Source of the DNA: Cytophagales bacterium
GTDB taxonomy: Bacteria > Bacteroidota > Bacteroidia > Cytophagales > Spirosomataceae
Direction: 5' to 3'
Assembly (NCBI GenBank): GCA_004292855.1
Contig: RDXN01000049.1
Span: forward strand, 21,760-85,759
Length of the DNA stretch: 64,000 nucleotides
The first letter of the stretch is position 1. The number at the start of each line of letters is the position of its first letter. Both the position numbers and the translations under genes were made by a program. Below the pieces are notes generated by a model, which was not told the origin of the DNA, ran no database searches, and saw only the letters and a list, made by a program, of their open reading frames with translations. Positions 47,501 through 57,143 of this stretch are shown here, piece by piece.

Positions 47501-48084
47501 GGTGCCGAGAAACTGAGCGACAGGCAGAACGGCTGTTTTGTAGGAGCATTCTGAATAAAATCAATCGCTTTCTGACCCGTGTAGCGGGTCAGGTGAACGG
47601 TGTCTTTGCCAATCGTTTTGTAAAAATAGCCGCGCCGGTCGGGAAATCTGGTGTTCCGGTCATAGTCCTCCATCACGTCGAACAGCGCGTCGGTCTGGTT
47701 ATATTTCACGCCCAGTTTTCCGTAGAAACCCGTGTAATAACCCGCTTCTTTCAGGAGTTTGGGGTAGGCCATTTGCATGTACTCCGACCGGATCGTACCC
47801 GCCTGAAACGTGTACTTGTGTGTTCGCTCGTGCATCCCGCTCAGGATGGTGGCCCGGCTCGCGGTGCAGATGGGCGTGGTAACAACGGCGTTTTTGAAGT
47901 ACGTCCCTGTCCGGGCCAGTTTGTCCAGTTCGGGCGTGTGCGCGAACCGATTTCCCACATACCCCAACGCATCCGCCCGATGATCGTCGGTCAGGATAAA
48001 AATGATATTCGGTCGGGACGCTGATTGCCCGTTTGCAATCAGGGTGGACAAACAGACCAGGAGCAGCGTAATCCCAATTTTCAT
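44572..48084 (-). CDS. bimodular S1 sulfatase - GH78 alpha-L-rhamnosidase fusion (1170 aa)
   Basis: N-terminal ILTDDHRADALG / CTASRATILSGMH sulfatase motifs; C-terminal Bac_rhamnosid N-domain-like region and six-hairpin GH78 region (LMLHQDYMYTGN, NHAWGAAP). Confidence 0.75.
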   Translation of the reverse strand: MKIGITLLLVCLSTLIANGQSASRPNIIFILTDDHRADALGYVGNRFAHTPELDKLARTGTYFKNAVVTTPICTASRATILSGMHERTHKYTFQAGTIRSEYMQMAYPKLLKEAGYYTGFYGKLGVKYNQTDALFDVMEDYDRNTRFPDRRGYFYKTIGKDTVHLTRYTGQKAIDFIQNAPTKQPFCLSLSFSAPHAHDSAPDQYFWDEQTANWLENETIPPPPLSTNADFNQQPEAVKAGFSRVRWKWRFDTPEKYQRMVKGYYRMIAGVDLEVTRIRAQLKQRGLDKNTVIIVMGDNGYFLGERQLADKWLMYDASIRVPLIVYDPRANQHQDVEAIARNIDVPSTILDLAGVKQPALYQGKSLRTMVSGGGNRSSRDTVLIEHLWAFESIPPSEGVRTNDWKYFRYVNDKSLEELYHVKNDPTEATNLAKDETHRVVLTKLRQKTDQLITRYQDPYSGVPTGLMVDLVRKPDRVLLADSSPNFSWIVPKEAVFQSAYQLLVASSKAMLDNNVGDVWDSRQVRSGQSTEVPYRGATLKIGAPYYWKVRVWDADNRTSDYSAGQPFRVGKPGTYLSSPSGFQIERIVPTAFRKKADGTYFADFGKAAFATLELTYNSARNNDTLRIRLGEQLAGEQINRKPDGHIRYQEVKLAVQPGQRTYRLAIKPDERNTKPGAVVLPDSFPVLLPFRYAEIDGAANSSLTADAVKQVAYFSYFDENQSRFSSSDTILNQVWALCKYTMKGSSFSGLYLDGDRERIPYEADAYLNQLSHYTTDREYGIARRTIEYFMAHPTWPTEWQLHVVLMLHQDYMYTGNTGLISRYYEPLIHKTLLELAREDGLISSGSPKNTPAFMQKLGFTDPAVKLKDIVDWPPAQKDTGWKLATAEGERDGYVFTPINTVVNSFFYQNMVIMSEFARILNKPDDEQRFRTMALKVREAINEKLFDSKTGAYVDGEGTNHSSLHANMMALAFDVVPESRKKSVAAFIKTRGMACSVYGAQYLLEALYKANEPDYALSLMTATHDRSWYNMIRSGSTMTWEAWDTKYKPNLDWNHAWGAAPANIVARNLWGIQPQTPGGAILSIRPQMGKLTKSQIDVPTMKGTVRATYQRKSKTDQAYQIELPANVSAELSLTYSSEDTVLLNGNKVNTMFNTIRLSPGMNRIELIINTY

Positions 48085-48093
48085 AAATCAGAT

Positions 48094-48750
48094 TCAAAAA
48101 GCGACGTTGCGCGTGTAATCATTCAGGACGTGGGCGATTCCGTTGGCATACCGCAGATTGTGCGTGCGGACGGTGGTGCCGCGCCGGGTAGCGGTGAGCG
48201 GGAAAACCGTTGCCGGATTCACCGAAACCGTGTATCGCTCATCGCGCCGGAGCAGGATTTTTCCGTTGTCGCCCTCGTTGAGCGTCTGGAAAAAATAATC
48301 GCTCCCATACGCTTTCAAGGGGTCAATCTGCGTGATATACTCCTTGTCGATGATGTGGTATTTCAGCAGGTTTGCCAGCCGGACTTTATCGGCGGCCCGA
48401 ACCGGCCCCGTGACCTTGCCCGTCAGCGTTTGCAGAATCTTGTTGGCATCATCGAAGGCGTTGTTGTTCAGCAACAGAAATGTTCGCCGGTCGCTCTTCC
48501 GGTTGAACTCCTCCACCAAACCCGTGTACTCGATGGCATCAATCAGGAAGTCAAATTTATATTGATCGACCGCCGTGAGGCTGCTCGGCGATTTCTGGGT
48601 TTGGAGCCATTCCCAAACGGTCTGGTTCTCGTAGGTGGCGATGTCGTTGGTTTCAGGAACAAATTCAAATGGTTTCTGCACCTCCAGATCGCAACCGATC
48701 AGGGGCAGAAACAACACAAGGATGAAGAAATATTTCAGATGAGAAAACAT
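48094..48750 (-). CDS. fasciclin (FAS1) domain lipoprotein
   Basis: lipobox LPLIGC; FAS1 motifs (TFLLLNNNAFD, NGIAHVLNDY). Confidence 0.7.
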   Translation of the reverse strand: MFSHLKYFFILVLFLPLIGCDLEVQKPFEFVPETNDIATYENQTVWEWLQTQKSPSSLTAVDQYKFDFLIDAIEYTGLVEEFNRKSDRRTFLLLNNNAFDDANKILQTLTGKVTGPVRAADKVRLANLLKYHIIDKEYITQIDPLKAYGSDYFFQTLNEGDNGKILLRRDERYTVSVNPATVFPLTATRRGTTVRTHNLRYANGIAHVLNDYTRNVAF

Positions 48751-48795
48751 ATGGAAGTCGGTTTGGGAGGCAACGATTAGTTATTTGACCTTTTA

Positions 48796-48870
48796 CCCCC
48801 CGCCCTAAAGGGTGCCTTGCTTGCGCCAGAGTGGGCTTACGCGCCAGCAGGCCCCCTTTAGGGCGGGGGG
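48796..48870. terminator. GC-rich 17-bp-stem hairpin (CCCCCCGCCCTAAAGGG / CCCTTTAGGGCGGGGGG) downstream of susD
   Basis: read directly. Confidence 0.5.
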
Positions 48871-48877
48871 TGACATT

Positions 48878-50338
48878 TTAATACCCCTCCGTTTGCGTCA
48901 GTAAGGGATTGTCGAACAAGTGCCGGTCGAAAATGGGGAACAGCAGCCTTTGTTCGGTTTGCTTGTTTATTGGGCCCATTACCGTTACGGCCTTACCTGT
49001 CCGGCGCAGATCCCACCAACGGACTCCTTCGGCCAGGAACTCCATTTGCCGTTCGTCGAGAATAAAGTTTTCGAGTTGCTCTTTGGTCGTGAAATCAGCC
49101 GCCCGAACGGTGGGCAATTGCCGGGCCGTGCGGAGTTGGTTCATCAGCGTAACGGCGGCATCCTTGTTGCCGAGTTGGTTTTCGGCTTCGGCTAACAGGG
49201 TTAGCGTGTTGGCATACCGATACACAATGATGTCGGTATCGTCGAAGGTGGGGCTAATGTTGGTCTTGGTATATTTGGCCACCCGCGCCAACCCAAAATC
49301 GCGCGCGGCCTCGCGGCTTTCAATGTACCGCCAATCGCCAAAGAGCGTTTTTCCGGCTGCGTCTTTAGATTTGGGCGAAAAGGTAGGATACAGCGTGGTC
49401 CAGGCGACTGAGTCTGTCGGGAATTTGGCAACCCATTTCCGTTCCAGAACTGGATTGATGTAATACGTGGGTAGCCCGGCAAAGAACACCGCATAAATAC
49501 CACTCCGGTCGCTGTCTTCGGTCAGGCTATAACGGATGTTGAAAATAAATTCGGGGCTGGTCTGAAACTTGCCACCCTGTCCCGGATCATTCAGAAACTG
49601 CTTTAACCAGGCATCGCGCGTTGTTACCAGCGAGAAGGTATTAAGCTTGGTAATATTCGTGAGAGCAACTTTGGCTTTGGCAAAATCTTTTAGAAACAGA
49701 TAGACCTCGGCCTGCAACGACCAAATGCCCGCTTTCGAGAACCTGTACGTGTTGGTGTTCTGAGTCAGCAACGATTCGGCCTTGAGCATATCCGGGATAA
49801 TCAACTGATTCATGATCTCGGCGGCCTTCGATTTCGGTTTTTTGATCTCCTGATCCAGGCCCGTTACGGGTTCGGTGTAGAGCGGCACGTCGCCCCAAAC
49901 CCGAACTGCGTGGAAATAAGCGTAGGCGCGTATGGCATGGGCCTCACCCAGAAGCTGCCGGTCATAATTTGGGATTTTGGGAATATTCGCGATGGCGATG
50001 TTCGCCCGGGCAATCATCAGATAGAACGTATTCCAGCGCAGTGCCCCGGCATTCGTGGACGTGAGGGCGTTATTGAGCAATTCCAGACCCTCTGCCGTGG
50101 GCGTAGCCGACCGCACAAAGTTGTCGGCCCGGAACTCGCCCCAACTGTAGTACTTCGTATTGTAGGTTTTCTGCATGGCATCGTAAATGGCCGTCACGCC
50201 CGACGTGGCATCGGCATTGCTGCGCCAAAACTGCTCTTCCGACAGTTGGCTGTAGGGTTTTTGTTCGAGAATACCCTCGCACGAACTGACCAATAAACTG
50301 GCAACCGACAAAATGAGAAATGTATAGAATGTATTCAT
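48878..50338 (-). CDS. SusD/RagB family nutrient-binding outer-membrane lipoprotein
   Basis: lipobox SLLVSSC; SusD-like TPR scaffold; follows susC. Confidence 0.9.
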   Translation of the reverse strand: MNTFYTFLILSVASLLVSSCEGILEQKPYSQLSEEQFWRSNADATSGVTAIYDAMQKTYNTKYYSWGEFRADNFVRSATPTAEGLELLNNALTSTNAGALRWNTFYLMIARANIAIANIPKIPNYDRQLLGEAHAIRAYAYFHAVRVWGDVPLYTEPVTGLDQEIKKPKSKAAEIMNQLIIPDMLKAESLLTQNTNTYRFSKAGIWSLQAEVYLFLKDFAKAKVALTNITKLNTFSLVTTRDAWLKQFLNDPGQGGKFQTSPEFIFNIRYSLTEDSDRSGIYAVFFAGLPTYYINPVLERKWVAKFPTDSVAWTTLYPTFSPKSKDAAGKTLFGDWRYIESREAARDFGLARVAKYTKTNISPTFDDTDIIVYRYANTLTLLAEAENQLGNKDAAVTLMNQLRTARQLPTVRAADFTTKEQLENFILDERQMEFLAEGVRWWDLRRTGKAVTVMGPINKQTEQRLLFPIFDRHLFDNPLLTQTEGY

Positions 50339-50354
50339 AGTGAGGCTATTAAAT

Positions 50355-53300
50355 TTAAAACCCTGCTTTGATCCCGATAATAAAATCCCGCTTGTTCGGA
50401 TACCTCAGGTCGTCCTGACCCGGTTGCAGCACATTGCCGCGCGTGCCGAGTTCGGGGTTGTAGCCGGGGTAGTTGGTGAACGTGATCAGGTTGTTGACCG
50501 AAAAATTGACTGACGCATTTTTCAGCCAGGGCGTTTTTTTCAGCATCGTTGCCGGTAGGCGATACGAAAACCGAACGTTGCGGAACTTGATATACTCGCC
50601 CGGACTGATGTACTGGGAGTTTGGCCCCAGCCGGTTTTGAGTGCGATTGCGGTCGAGGCTCGCATATTCGGACACGTCGCCTGCTTTCACCCACGCCCGG
50701 TCGATCCGTTCGGGGGCGGGGGTTTCGTTGGCTGAGTTCAGGTCGTTGCGCTGCTGATCGTAGTTACGGAAGATCTGGTTGCCAAACGTGTAATCGAACA
50801 AAAACGACAGCGAGGCCGCTCCATATTTGAACTCGTTGAAAAACCCGCCGAAGTACTTCGGCAATCCATTCCCGATTACTTGCCGGTCGAAGCCGTCAAT
50901 CGAAAAATTATTGTCGAGGTCCTGCCAGAAAATATCGCCCCCACGTAGCACCGTTGCGCCAATTCGCTGGCGATTAACGGTTCCCGTATAGTCGGCCCCG
51001 TTTTGCTGGTATTTAACGAAGGCTCCGTTCTCAAAAACAGGAGTCAACTGCGTGCCGCTTGCATCGAAAGCGTTGTGCTGATCGGTTGGGAAAATGCCGA
51101 GATTCCGATACCCGTAGAAATTACCAATCGATTCACCCTGCTGAATAAAGAAATTCCCCGCCGTAAAGCCATCTTCGTCAGCCAGTTCGAGCACTTTGTT
51201 TTTCTGGAACGTGATGTTGAAATTGCTAAACCACTCGAACGGACCCTTACGATAAGGCGTCCCGCTCAGGTTAATATCGACTCCACGGTTGCTCACCGCC
51301 CCAATGTTTTGCCGCGATACGGAGAACCCCGTTTCTTCGGGAATCGGTACGTTGTAGAGCAGGTTCCGGGTAGTTTTTTGCCAGAAATCAACCTCCACGT
51401 TCAACCGCGACTTAAACAAGGTGGCGTTCAGGCCGTAGTTGACCGATGCTGTACTTTCCCAGCCTAAGTTGGGATTAGCCAACTGAAAACTGGCTACGCC
51501 GTTGATGCCGTTGTAATAGAAACCCGGACGATACAGCAGCAGCGATTCGTAGTTGCCCACGCGCTCGTTGCCGGTGGCCCCGAAACTCGCTTTCAGCAGC
51601 AGATTGTTGACCTGCGGAATACCCTTGAAGAATTTTTCATTGCTGAGTCGCCAACCTACCGAACCCGACGGGAAAAGGCCATACCGTCGGTTGGCCCCAA
51701 ACCGCGACGAACCATCGCGCCGGAGCGTCGCTTTAACCAAATATTTGCCACCGTAATCATACGAAACATCTCCGAAAAGGCCCGTCAGGGCGTGCCGGAA
51801 CTTGTCGGTGCGGGTGTTGCCGAGGTTAAACTCAGCGACGTTATTAAAGGTGCGGATATTGTCGGAAACAAACGAAATGGCCACCAGATCAGACGATTCC
51901 TCTTCCCATAGTTGGCTCGAATAGCCCGCCAAAGCTCCCAGCGAGTGCTTGTTGAACCGCTTTTTGAACCGGAAATAATTTTCCTGGAGCAGGTCATAAC
52001 TCAGCCCGTAGCCTTCGCTGCCCGTTGCGGGCCGGCCAATGGTCTGCACAATAATCGGGTCGAAATTATTTTGCTTGTTTAGCCTGAAATTGACCCCCAG
52101 CGTGGTTTTGAACGTAAGCCAGGGGGCCAGTTCCAGTTCGAGAAAGCTAAACGATTGGGCGCGATAATTCCGGTTGTCGCGGGTGGTGAACAGGGCTTCG
52201 GCCACCGGATTCTGCCGACCCGCAATCTCCGGGGTGTAGCTTCCGTCGGGTTCAAAAATGGGGAAGTAGGCAATCCGCTCGGCAATTTGCTGAAACACCG
52301 CGCCTTCATTCAAACCCTTTGTTAGCTCATACGACAGGTTGAGGGCCGTGCCGCCATTCATCCGCTTATTGATTTCGAGGTCTAATTTCAACTTCGACGT
52401 TATGCGGCTGTACGAACTGTTGAGCACAATTCCGTTCTCGTTGAGGTAGCCAGTGTTCCAGTAAAACCGGGTCCGGTTGGTGCCGCTACTCAACGATACG
52501 TTCACCTGATCGCGAACACCCGTGCGGGTAACCAGGCTGTTCAGGTCGTTGGAAATCTGGTATAACAAGCTGGTTGAGTCGGCAGATTGATTTTCCGGGG
52601 CCAAACCCGCCCGCACGTTCTCGTAATAAAACCGCTGCCGGGTGTTGGCAATCGGAATCGCGCTTGCCACCTGACTATACACCCGCCCGTAGTCAACGTC
52701 GAGCCGAAAATCGTTGGTCTTCCCCGATTTGGTGGTGATGATAATCACACCGTTGGCCGACTTCGACCCGTAGATAGCCGCCGAAGCCCCATCTTTCAGC
52801 ACTTCTATCGAGGCAATGTCGTTTGGGTTCAGGTTGTCGATGTCTTCCAACTGCTGCCCATCCACTACATACAATGGATTCACGCCCGCCGAAAACGTCG
52901 ACGTACCTCGAATGCGAATATCCGACCCCGATCCCGGCCCGCCGTTCGACGAAATCTGCACCCCGGCAATCCGTCCCTGCACCGCATCGAACGCGTTAAT
53001 AGGCGTTGTCTGCTCAATATCCTTTTCTTTAATGGAGCTAATCGAACCCAGAATATCCTTACGGCTCGTGGTCGAATAGCCCGTTACCACCACTTCGTCA
53101 AGTGACTGACTGTCAGGCAACAGAGCCACGTTGATGGTGGAGTTGTTGGCGACCAGAACTTCTTTTTTGGTAAACCCCACAAACGAAAAAACCAGGATTG
53201 CCTTGTTGTTCGGCACCGAGATCTGGTAGTTGCCGCTGGGGTCGGTCACGGTTCCGTTGAACGTACCTTTCAGCAACACCGACACGCCCACCAACGCGGC

Positions 53301-53747
53301 CCCTTCCGAGTCGGTCACGGTTCCTTTTATCAGTTTCGCCACGACCGCCTGCCCCTCCGTTGGGGGCATATTCGTCATGCCCACGTCTTTTTTGAACAGG
53401 AGAATCTGCCTGTTTCCTGCCGGTTCATACGTGATTTTCAGGGGTTTGAAAATCTGATCGAGCACCTGCCGTAGCTGTTCGTTGGTGGCCTTGAAATTAA
53501 TTTTCTGGCCTACTTTCAACTCTTTCGGGTTGAAAACGAAACGCACACGCGATGCCTTTTCGAGCTTGCTGAGGGTAGATCGCAAGTCTTCGTTGACGAG
53601 TTCGACGCTAACGGTTTGGTCGAGAAGCTCCTGCCCCGCCGAGTCGTGCGCGAAGGCAAAACCGGCGAACAGGGCGACAAGTACTAGCTGAATGAAGGTG
53701 AGCTTTGCCAGGTGATCGATGTACCGGACGAGTAATTGTTTATCCAT
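50355..53747 (-). CDS. SusC/RagA TonB-dependent outer-membrane transporter with N-terminal STN signalling domain
   Basis: 1130 aa; STN domain, carboxypeptidase-regulatory-like domain, plug and beta-barrel; C-terminal F. Confidence 0.9.
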   Translation of the reverse strand: MDKQLLVRYIDHLAKLTFIQLVLVALFAGFAFAHDSAGQELLDQTVSVELVNEDLRSTLSKLEKASRVRFVFNPKELKVGQKINFKATNEQLRQVLDQIFKPLKITYEPAGNRQILLFKKDVGMTNMPPTEGQAVVAKLIKGTVTDSEGAALVGVSVLLKGTFNGTVTDPSGNYQISVPNNKAILVFSFVGFTKKEVLVANNSTINVALLPDSQSLDEVVVTGYSTTSRKDILGSISSIKEKDIEQTTPINAFDAVQGRIAGVQISSNGGPGSGSDIRIRGTSTFSAGVNPLYVVDGQQLEDIDNLNPNDIASIEVLKDGASAAIYGSKSANGVIIITTKSGKTNDFRLDVDYGRVYSQVASAIPIANTRQRFYYENVRAGLAPENQSADSTSLLYQISNDLNSLVTRTGVRDQVNVSLSSGTNRTRFYWNTGYLNENGIVLNSSYSRITSKLKLDLEINKRMNGGTALNLSYELTKGLNEGAVFQQIAERIAYFPIFEPDGSYTPEIAGRQNPVAEALFTTRDNRNYRAQSFSFLELELAPWLTFKTTLGVNFRLNKQNNFDPIIVQTIGRPATGSEGYGLSYDLLQENYFRFKKRFNKHSLGALAGYSSQLWEEESSDLVAISFVSDNIRTFNNVAEFNLGNTRTDKFRHALTGLFGDVSYDYGGKYLVKATLRRDGSSRFGANRRYGLFPSGSVGWRLSNEKFFKGIPQVNNLLLKASFGATGNERVGNYESLLLYRPGFYYNGINGVASFQLANPNLGWESTASVNYGLNATLFKSRLNVEVDFWQKTTRNLLYNVPIPEETGFSVSRQNIGAVSNRGVDINLSGTPYRKGPFEWFSNFNITFQKNKVLELADEDGFTAGNFFIQQGESIGNFYGYRNLGIFPTDQHNAFDASGTQLTPVFENGAFVKYQQNGADYTGTVNRQRIGATVLRGGDIFWQDLDNNFSIDGFDRQVIGNGLPKYFGGFFNEFKYGAASLSFLFDYTFGNQIFRNYDQQRNDLNSANETPAPERIDRAWVKAGDVSEYASLDRNRTQNRLGPNSQYISPGEYIKFRNVRFSYRLPATMLKKTPWLKNASVNFSVNNLITFTNYPGYNPELGTRGNVLQPGQDDLRYPNKRDFIIGIKAGF

Positions 53748-53840
53748 CTACAGTGAAGGGTCTTCTTTCTTAGCAGATGGCGGTCGGGAAAGTCAGATAC
53801 TGTGTAAGTTTAAAAAAAAGTAGAAAATAATCCTACTCAC

Positions 53841-54926
53841 TTAATTACACCCTTCGCTTCGAATAAAAATCTGTGCATCAACCACTTCGTAGGTCGAGTG
53901 CGTGATTCGGCAGATCAGATCGAGTTTTTCAAATAACGATTCTTCGGTCAGGTTGGCCGTCAGGTAGCAATTCTCAATCGTGCGCTCGTCGTAAGTAAAC
54001 GAAATACCGTAGGCACTGCTCAAGTTTTGCAGCACCGTTTTGAGGGGCGTTTCGTCAAACACAAATTGCTCGTTGGCAGGCGTAGCCACAAGTTCCGGCT
54101 GTTGTACAATAGATTTCACCAATCGCTCCTCTTTGGGCGCAACCGTAGCCTGCTGATTGGTTGTTAGCACCACGCCCGTCAGCCGACTGTTGCCGCGTTC
54201 GCTGACAGCCCGTAAATCTTTGTACAAATAGACCGACACCTTGCCCGACCGTACCTGTACGCTCGCATCGGCATTTTTCGCGAACGAATTTACCATAAAA
54301 CTCGTCCCCAGCACCTGCGTAGATAGTTTGTCGCTATGCACCCAGAACGGTTTTTTGGGATTTCGGCTAATCTCGAAAAAGGCTTTTCCGTTCAGAAAAA
54401 CCACTCGTTTCGTCGGTTCAAACGGGTTTGGGTATTTAATGCTACTGTTAGGGTAAAGCGTAATCACGCTGTTCTCCGATAGTAAAATCCGAACGGGTTT
54501 GTCGGTATCGTTGGTGTTTTCGATGTATTTGCCAGTGGTCGGTTGGCCGTTGGCGACAGTCGATTGGGTCGGTTTCAGAATAAGTTGCCGGTATAAAAAG
54601 CCCCCAATACCTAACACCAACAGGATTGAGGCCGCGATTCGCATGGCCGGACTGCGCCAGAAAAAGATCACTTTGGGGCGATTCTCAGCCACCGTGTCGG
54701 CCACAAAATCATCTATCTCTTCGTCGGAAATAGTAACGGGGGTCTCCTGCAAATTCAGTAAAATGGCTTTGGCAACGTGTACCTTCCGGGCATTTTCGGG
54801 CTTGACGGCCATCCAGTTCGTCCAGGATGCCTCTCCTTCCGAATCGTTGTTCAGCACCCATTCCCGAAACGGCTCCTGCCGAAGCAAGTCCTGAATCGTA
54901 TACTCCGTGTGTTCGTTCGGTATCAT
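53841..54926 (-). CDS. FecR-family anti-sigma factor
   Basis: single TM, FecR + DUF4974-type C-domain. Confidence 0.85.
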   Translation of the reverse strand: MIPNEHTEYTIQDLLRQEPFREWVLNNDSEGEASWTNWMAVKPENARKVHVAKAILLNLQETPVTISDEEIDDFVADTVAENRPKVIFFWRSPAMRIAASILLVLGIGGFLYRQLILKPTQSTVANGQPTTGKYIENTNDTDKPVRILLSENSVITLYPNSSIKYPNPFEPTKRVVFLNGKAFFEISRNPKKPFWVHSDKLSTQVLGTSFMVNSFAKNADASVQVRSGKVSVYLYKDLRAVSERGNSRLTGVVLTTNQQATVAPKEERLVKSIVQQPELVATPANEQFVFDETPLKTVLQNLSSAYGISFTYDERTIENCYLTANLTEESLFEKLDLICRITHSTYEVVDAQIFIRSEGCN

Positions 54927-55052
54927 GTGGAGCTTGATTTCTTATTAGATGGCGTTACGAATGAACCCATACCCTACCAATTGGAAAATTTTGACAGCGT
55001 ACCATGAAAGTTGACCAAAATCAACCGCATACGTTGTCTGTTGAAATTCAAA

Positions 55053-55147
55053 TTTTTTGTCATTCCGAGGAACGAGGAATCTCAAATTATCCTTGCTATC
55101 TAGTTGGTAACCAGTAAGATTCCTCGTTCCTCGGAATGACAAAAAAA
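55053..55147. repeat. REP/MITE-like element copy 9 (GTCATTCCGAGGAACGAGGAATCT variant)
   Basis: read directly. Confidence 0.85.
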
Positions 55148-55156
55148 CGTACTTTA

Positions 55157-55741
55157 CTATGTGCTCAAACCATTCCAGCGTGTTCTGATAAACTTGAACG
55201 CAGCCTGTAGCAGGTTAGAAACCGACTGCGGATTGATGCCCATTGTCTCGGCAATTTCGTCGCGGCTCATGTTCTGGAAATACTGCAAATAAACTACCTC
55301 CCGTTGCCGACGGGGGAGTTCGTCCAGCACGGCGTTCACTTTAGCCTGAATCTGTTGCTCCTGCTCGTCGTTAATCCAGGCCCACTCAAATGGTTCTTCG
55401 CTTAGGGAGGCATCGTTGGCAAGATCCAACTCAAAATCGGCCGCGTCGAACTTTTGCCGGGAGCTTTCGCGATACAGTTTCCGCCGAACCGAACTAAGCA
55501 GATACGCCTTTACGCTATCAGGAACGCTGATTCGCTCGCGCCGTTTCCAGATTTCGATGAATACTTCCTGCACGCAATCGTTGATAAACTCTTCGTCGCG
55601 CACAAACCGAAAACCGTAGTTGGCCAATGGCCGAAAATACAGTTTCACGATTTTGGAGAACGCGAGTTCGCTGCCGGCCTTCATCTGAAGCCATAATTGT
55701 TGGTCGGTTTGCCCCGCATTGGAAGAACCCGGCTTACTCAC
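55157..55741 (-). CDS. ECF (sigma-70 group IV) RNA polymerase sigma factor
   Basis: region 2 and region 4 motifs (FIEIWKRRE, LPRRQREVVYL). Confidence 0.9.
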   Translation of the reverse strand: MSKPGSSNAGQTDQQLWLQMKAGSELAFSKIVKLYFRPLANYGFRFVRDEEFINDCVQEVFIEIWKRRERISVPDSVKAYLLSSVRRKLYRESSRQKFDAADFELDLANDASLSEEPFEWAWINDEQEQQIQAKVNAVLDELPRRQREVVYLQYFQNMSRDEIAETMGINPQSVSNLLQAAFKFIRTRWNGLST

Positions 55742-56978
55742 ACGGTCTGGTTAGGCGGCTTACATTAGTTGGGTTCCGCACGGTCGACGCAAAAGCGCAG
55801 TAGTCTGGTTTGTTCATCATACTGCCCGCATCCACGAATAATCGGCGCAGTTTATCAAGTTCTGAATCAAGGTCGCCCAGTTGCTCGCGGGTCCAGGTGG
55901 CTTTGCCCTCAGCGTAGGGTTGCAGAAACTCGTAGGCTTTTTGAATACTGCCACCTTTGGGGTTCTTGTAATTCCACAAATCAACGTTGAGCAATTTGCC
56001 GAAATAGGCCAGATGCGTGAAGGCGTTGAGATTCATGATGCTGTAGGACAGCGACTTGGTACGAGCCAACTCTTCGGGTTGCGAACCGTCGGCATCGAGT
56101 TGATGGTCGATTCGTTTTTTGGTCGTGGATTCGAGAACGGCTTTGGCCTCGGCATCGCGTTTCAGAAACAAGAGAATCGCCACCACCTGCGCGTCGTACC
56201 AGGTGCCGTGATTGTTCATTGTTGCTTTTTCTTCTAACGCTAACTTACCTGTTTGCAGCCAGTTGACGTACTCCGTGAGCCAGGCCACCAGCCCGGCATC
56301 CGTTTTCTGGTCAAGCGCGTTGCCTTCCCGGAGCATTTCGATGGTCGTGGTCAGGTCGATTACGCCCGTAAACTCGATAATACCAAAGCCCCGGCCCGTG
56401 CTCACGCCCGGCACGCCCTGACCAAAATTCAGGTTGGGATTCATTTTGGTTTCGGGGTTCAAGAACCACGTTTGCAACACCTCGATGGCTCGTTGGGCAT
56501 ACTTCCGGTCGTCCGAAAAGTAGTAAGCCATAGCCAATGCCTCGGCACGTTTGAACATCGCATCTTTGGCAGGCTGATCCACGTTTTCGCCCCGCGTGAG
56601 GGGGTTCACCTGCCCATCTTTCCGAATCCAGGGCAGGCCGTCGGGTTTGGCTGGATCAGGCCACCAATAGGGGGCAAGGCTGAGATAATCGTGTTTGTCG
56701 CCACTCGGCGGGGTCTGCGTTTTTGTTACCACCGACGTTAGTTTACCCATCAGTTGCTTGTCGGCAGATTTCAGTACAGTCTGATAATAAGGCGCATACG
56801 TTGTCTCTTTCTTTTTCAGACTGGCCTTTACGGCGGCAATCTTGCGGTCGTCCAGAACCGTGAACGTTCTGGACGCTGCAATGCCTGTGGTGTCGTCGAT
56901 GGGGGTAGTTGGGATTGAGTTACCAACCAAAAGGAGGCAGGAGGCAAGGGTGGTAAACGGGTTTAGGAATAGTTTCAT
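55734..56978 (-). CDS. alginate-lyase-family (alpha/alpha toroid) secreted protein
   Basis: signal peptide; DYLSLAPYWWPDP motif typical of the Alginate_lyase/heparinase N-domain; 8-nt overlap with sigma-factor gene. Confidence 0.5.
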   Translation of the reverse strand: MKLFLNPFTTLASCLLLVGNSIPTTPIDDTTGIAASRTFTVLDDRKIAAVKASLKKKETTYAPYYQTVLKSADKQLMGKLTSVVTKTQTPPSGDKHDYLSLAPYWWPDPAKPDGLPWIRKDGQVNPLTRGENVDQPAKDAMFKRAEALAMAYYFSDDRKYAQRAIEVLQTWFLNPETKMNPNLNFGQGVPGVSTGRGFGIIEFTGVIDLTTTIEMLREGNALDQKTDAGLVAWLTEYVNWLQTGKLALEEKATMNNHGTWYDAQVVAILLFLKRDAEAKAVLESTTKKRIDHQLDADGSQPEELARTKSLSYSIMNLNAFTHLAYFGKLLNVDLWNYKNPKGGSIQKAYEFLQPYAEGKATWTREQLGDLDSELDKLRRLFVDAGSMMNKPDYCAFASTVRNPTNVSRLTRPCE

Positions 56979-57143
56979 CAGTTCGCTTAACGAAATGGTT
57001 TAGAAGCTGTTTGAGTTATTACCTATAGATGGCGTTCGGCTGTGGAAGATACTTGTTTCTGACACAACATAAGTCTATACCCCGGATGACAAAAATCTGC
57101 CTTACTCGTTCAAGCCGCGTTCCAATCTAGTATATTAGCAGCT

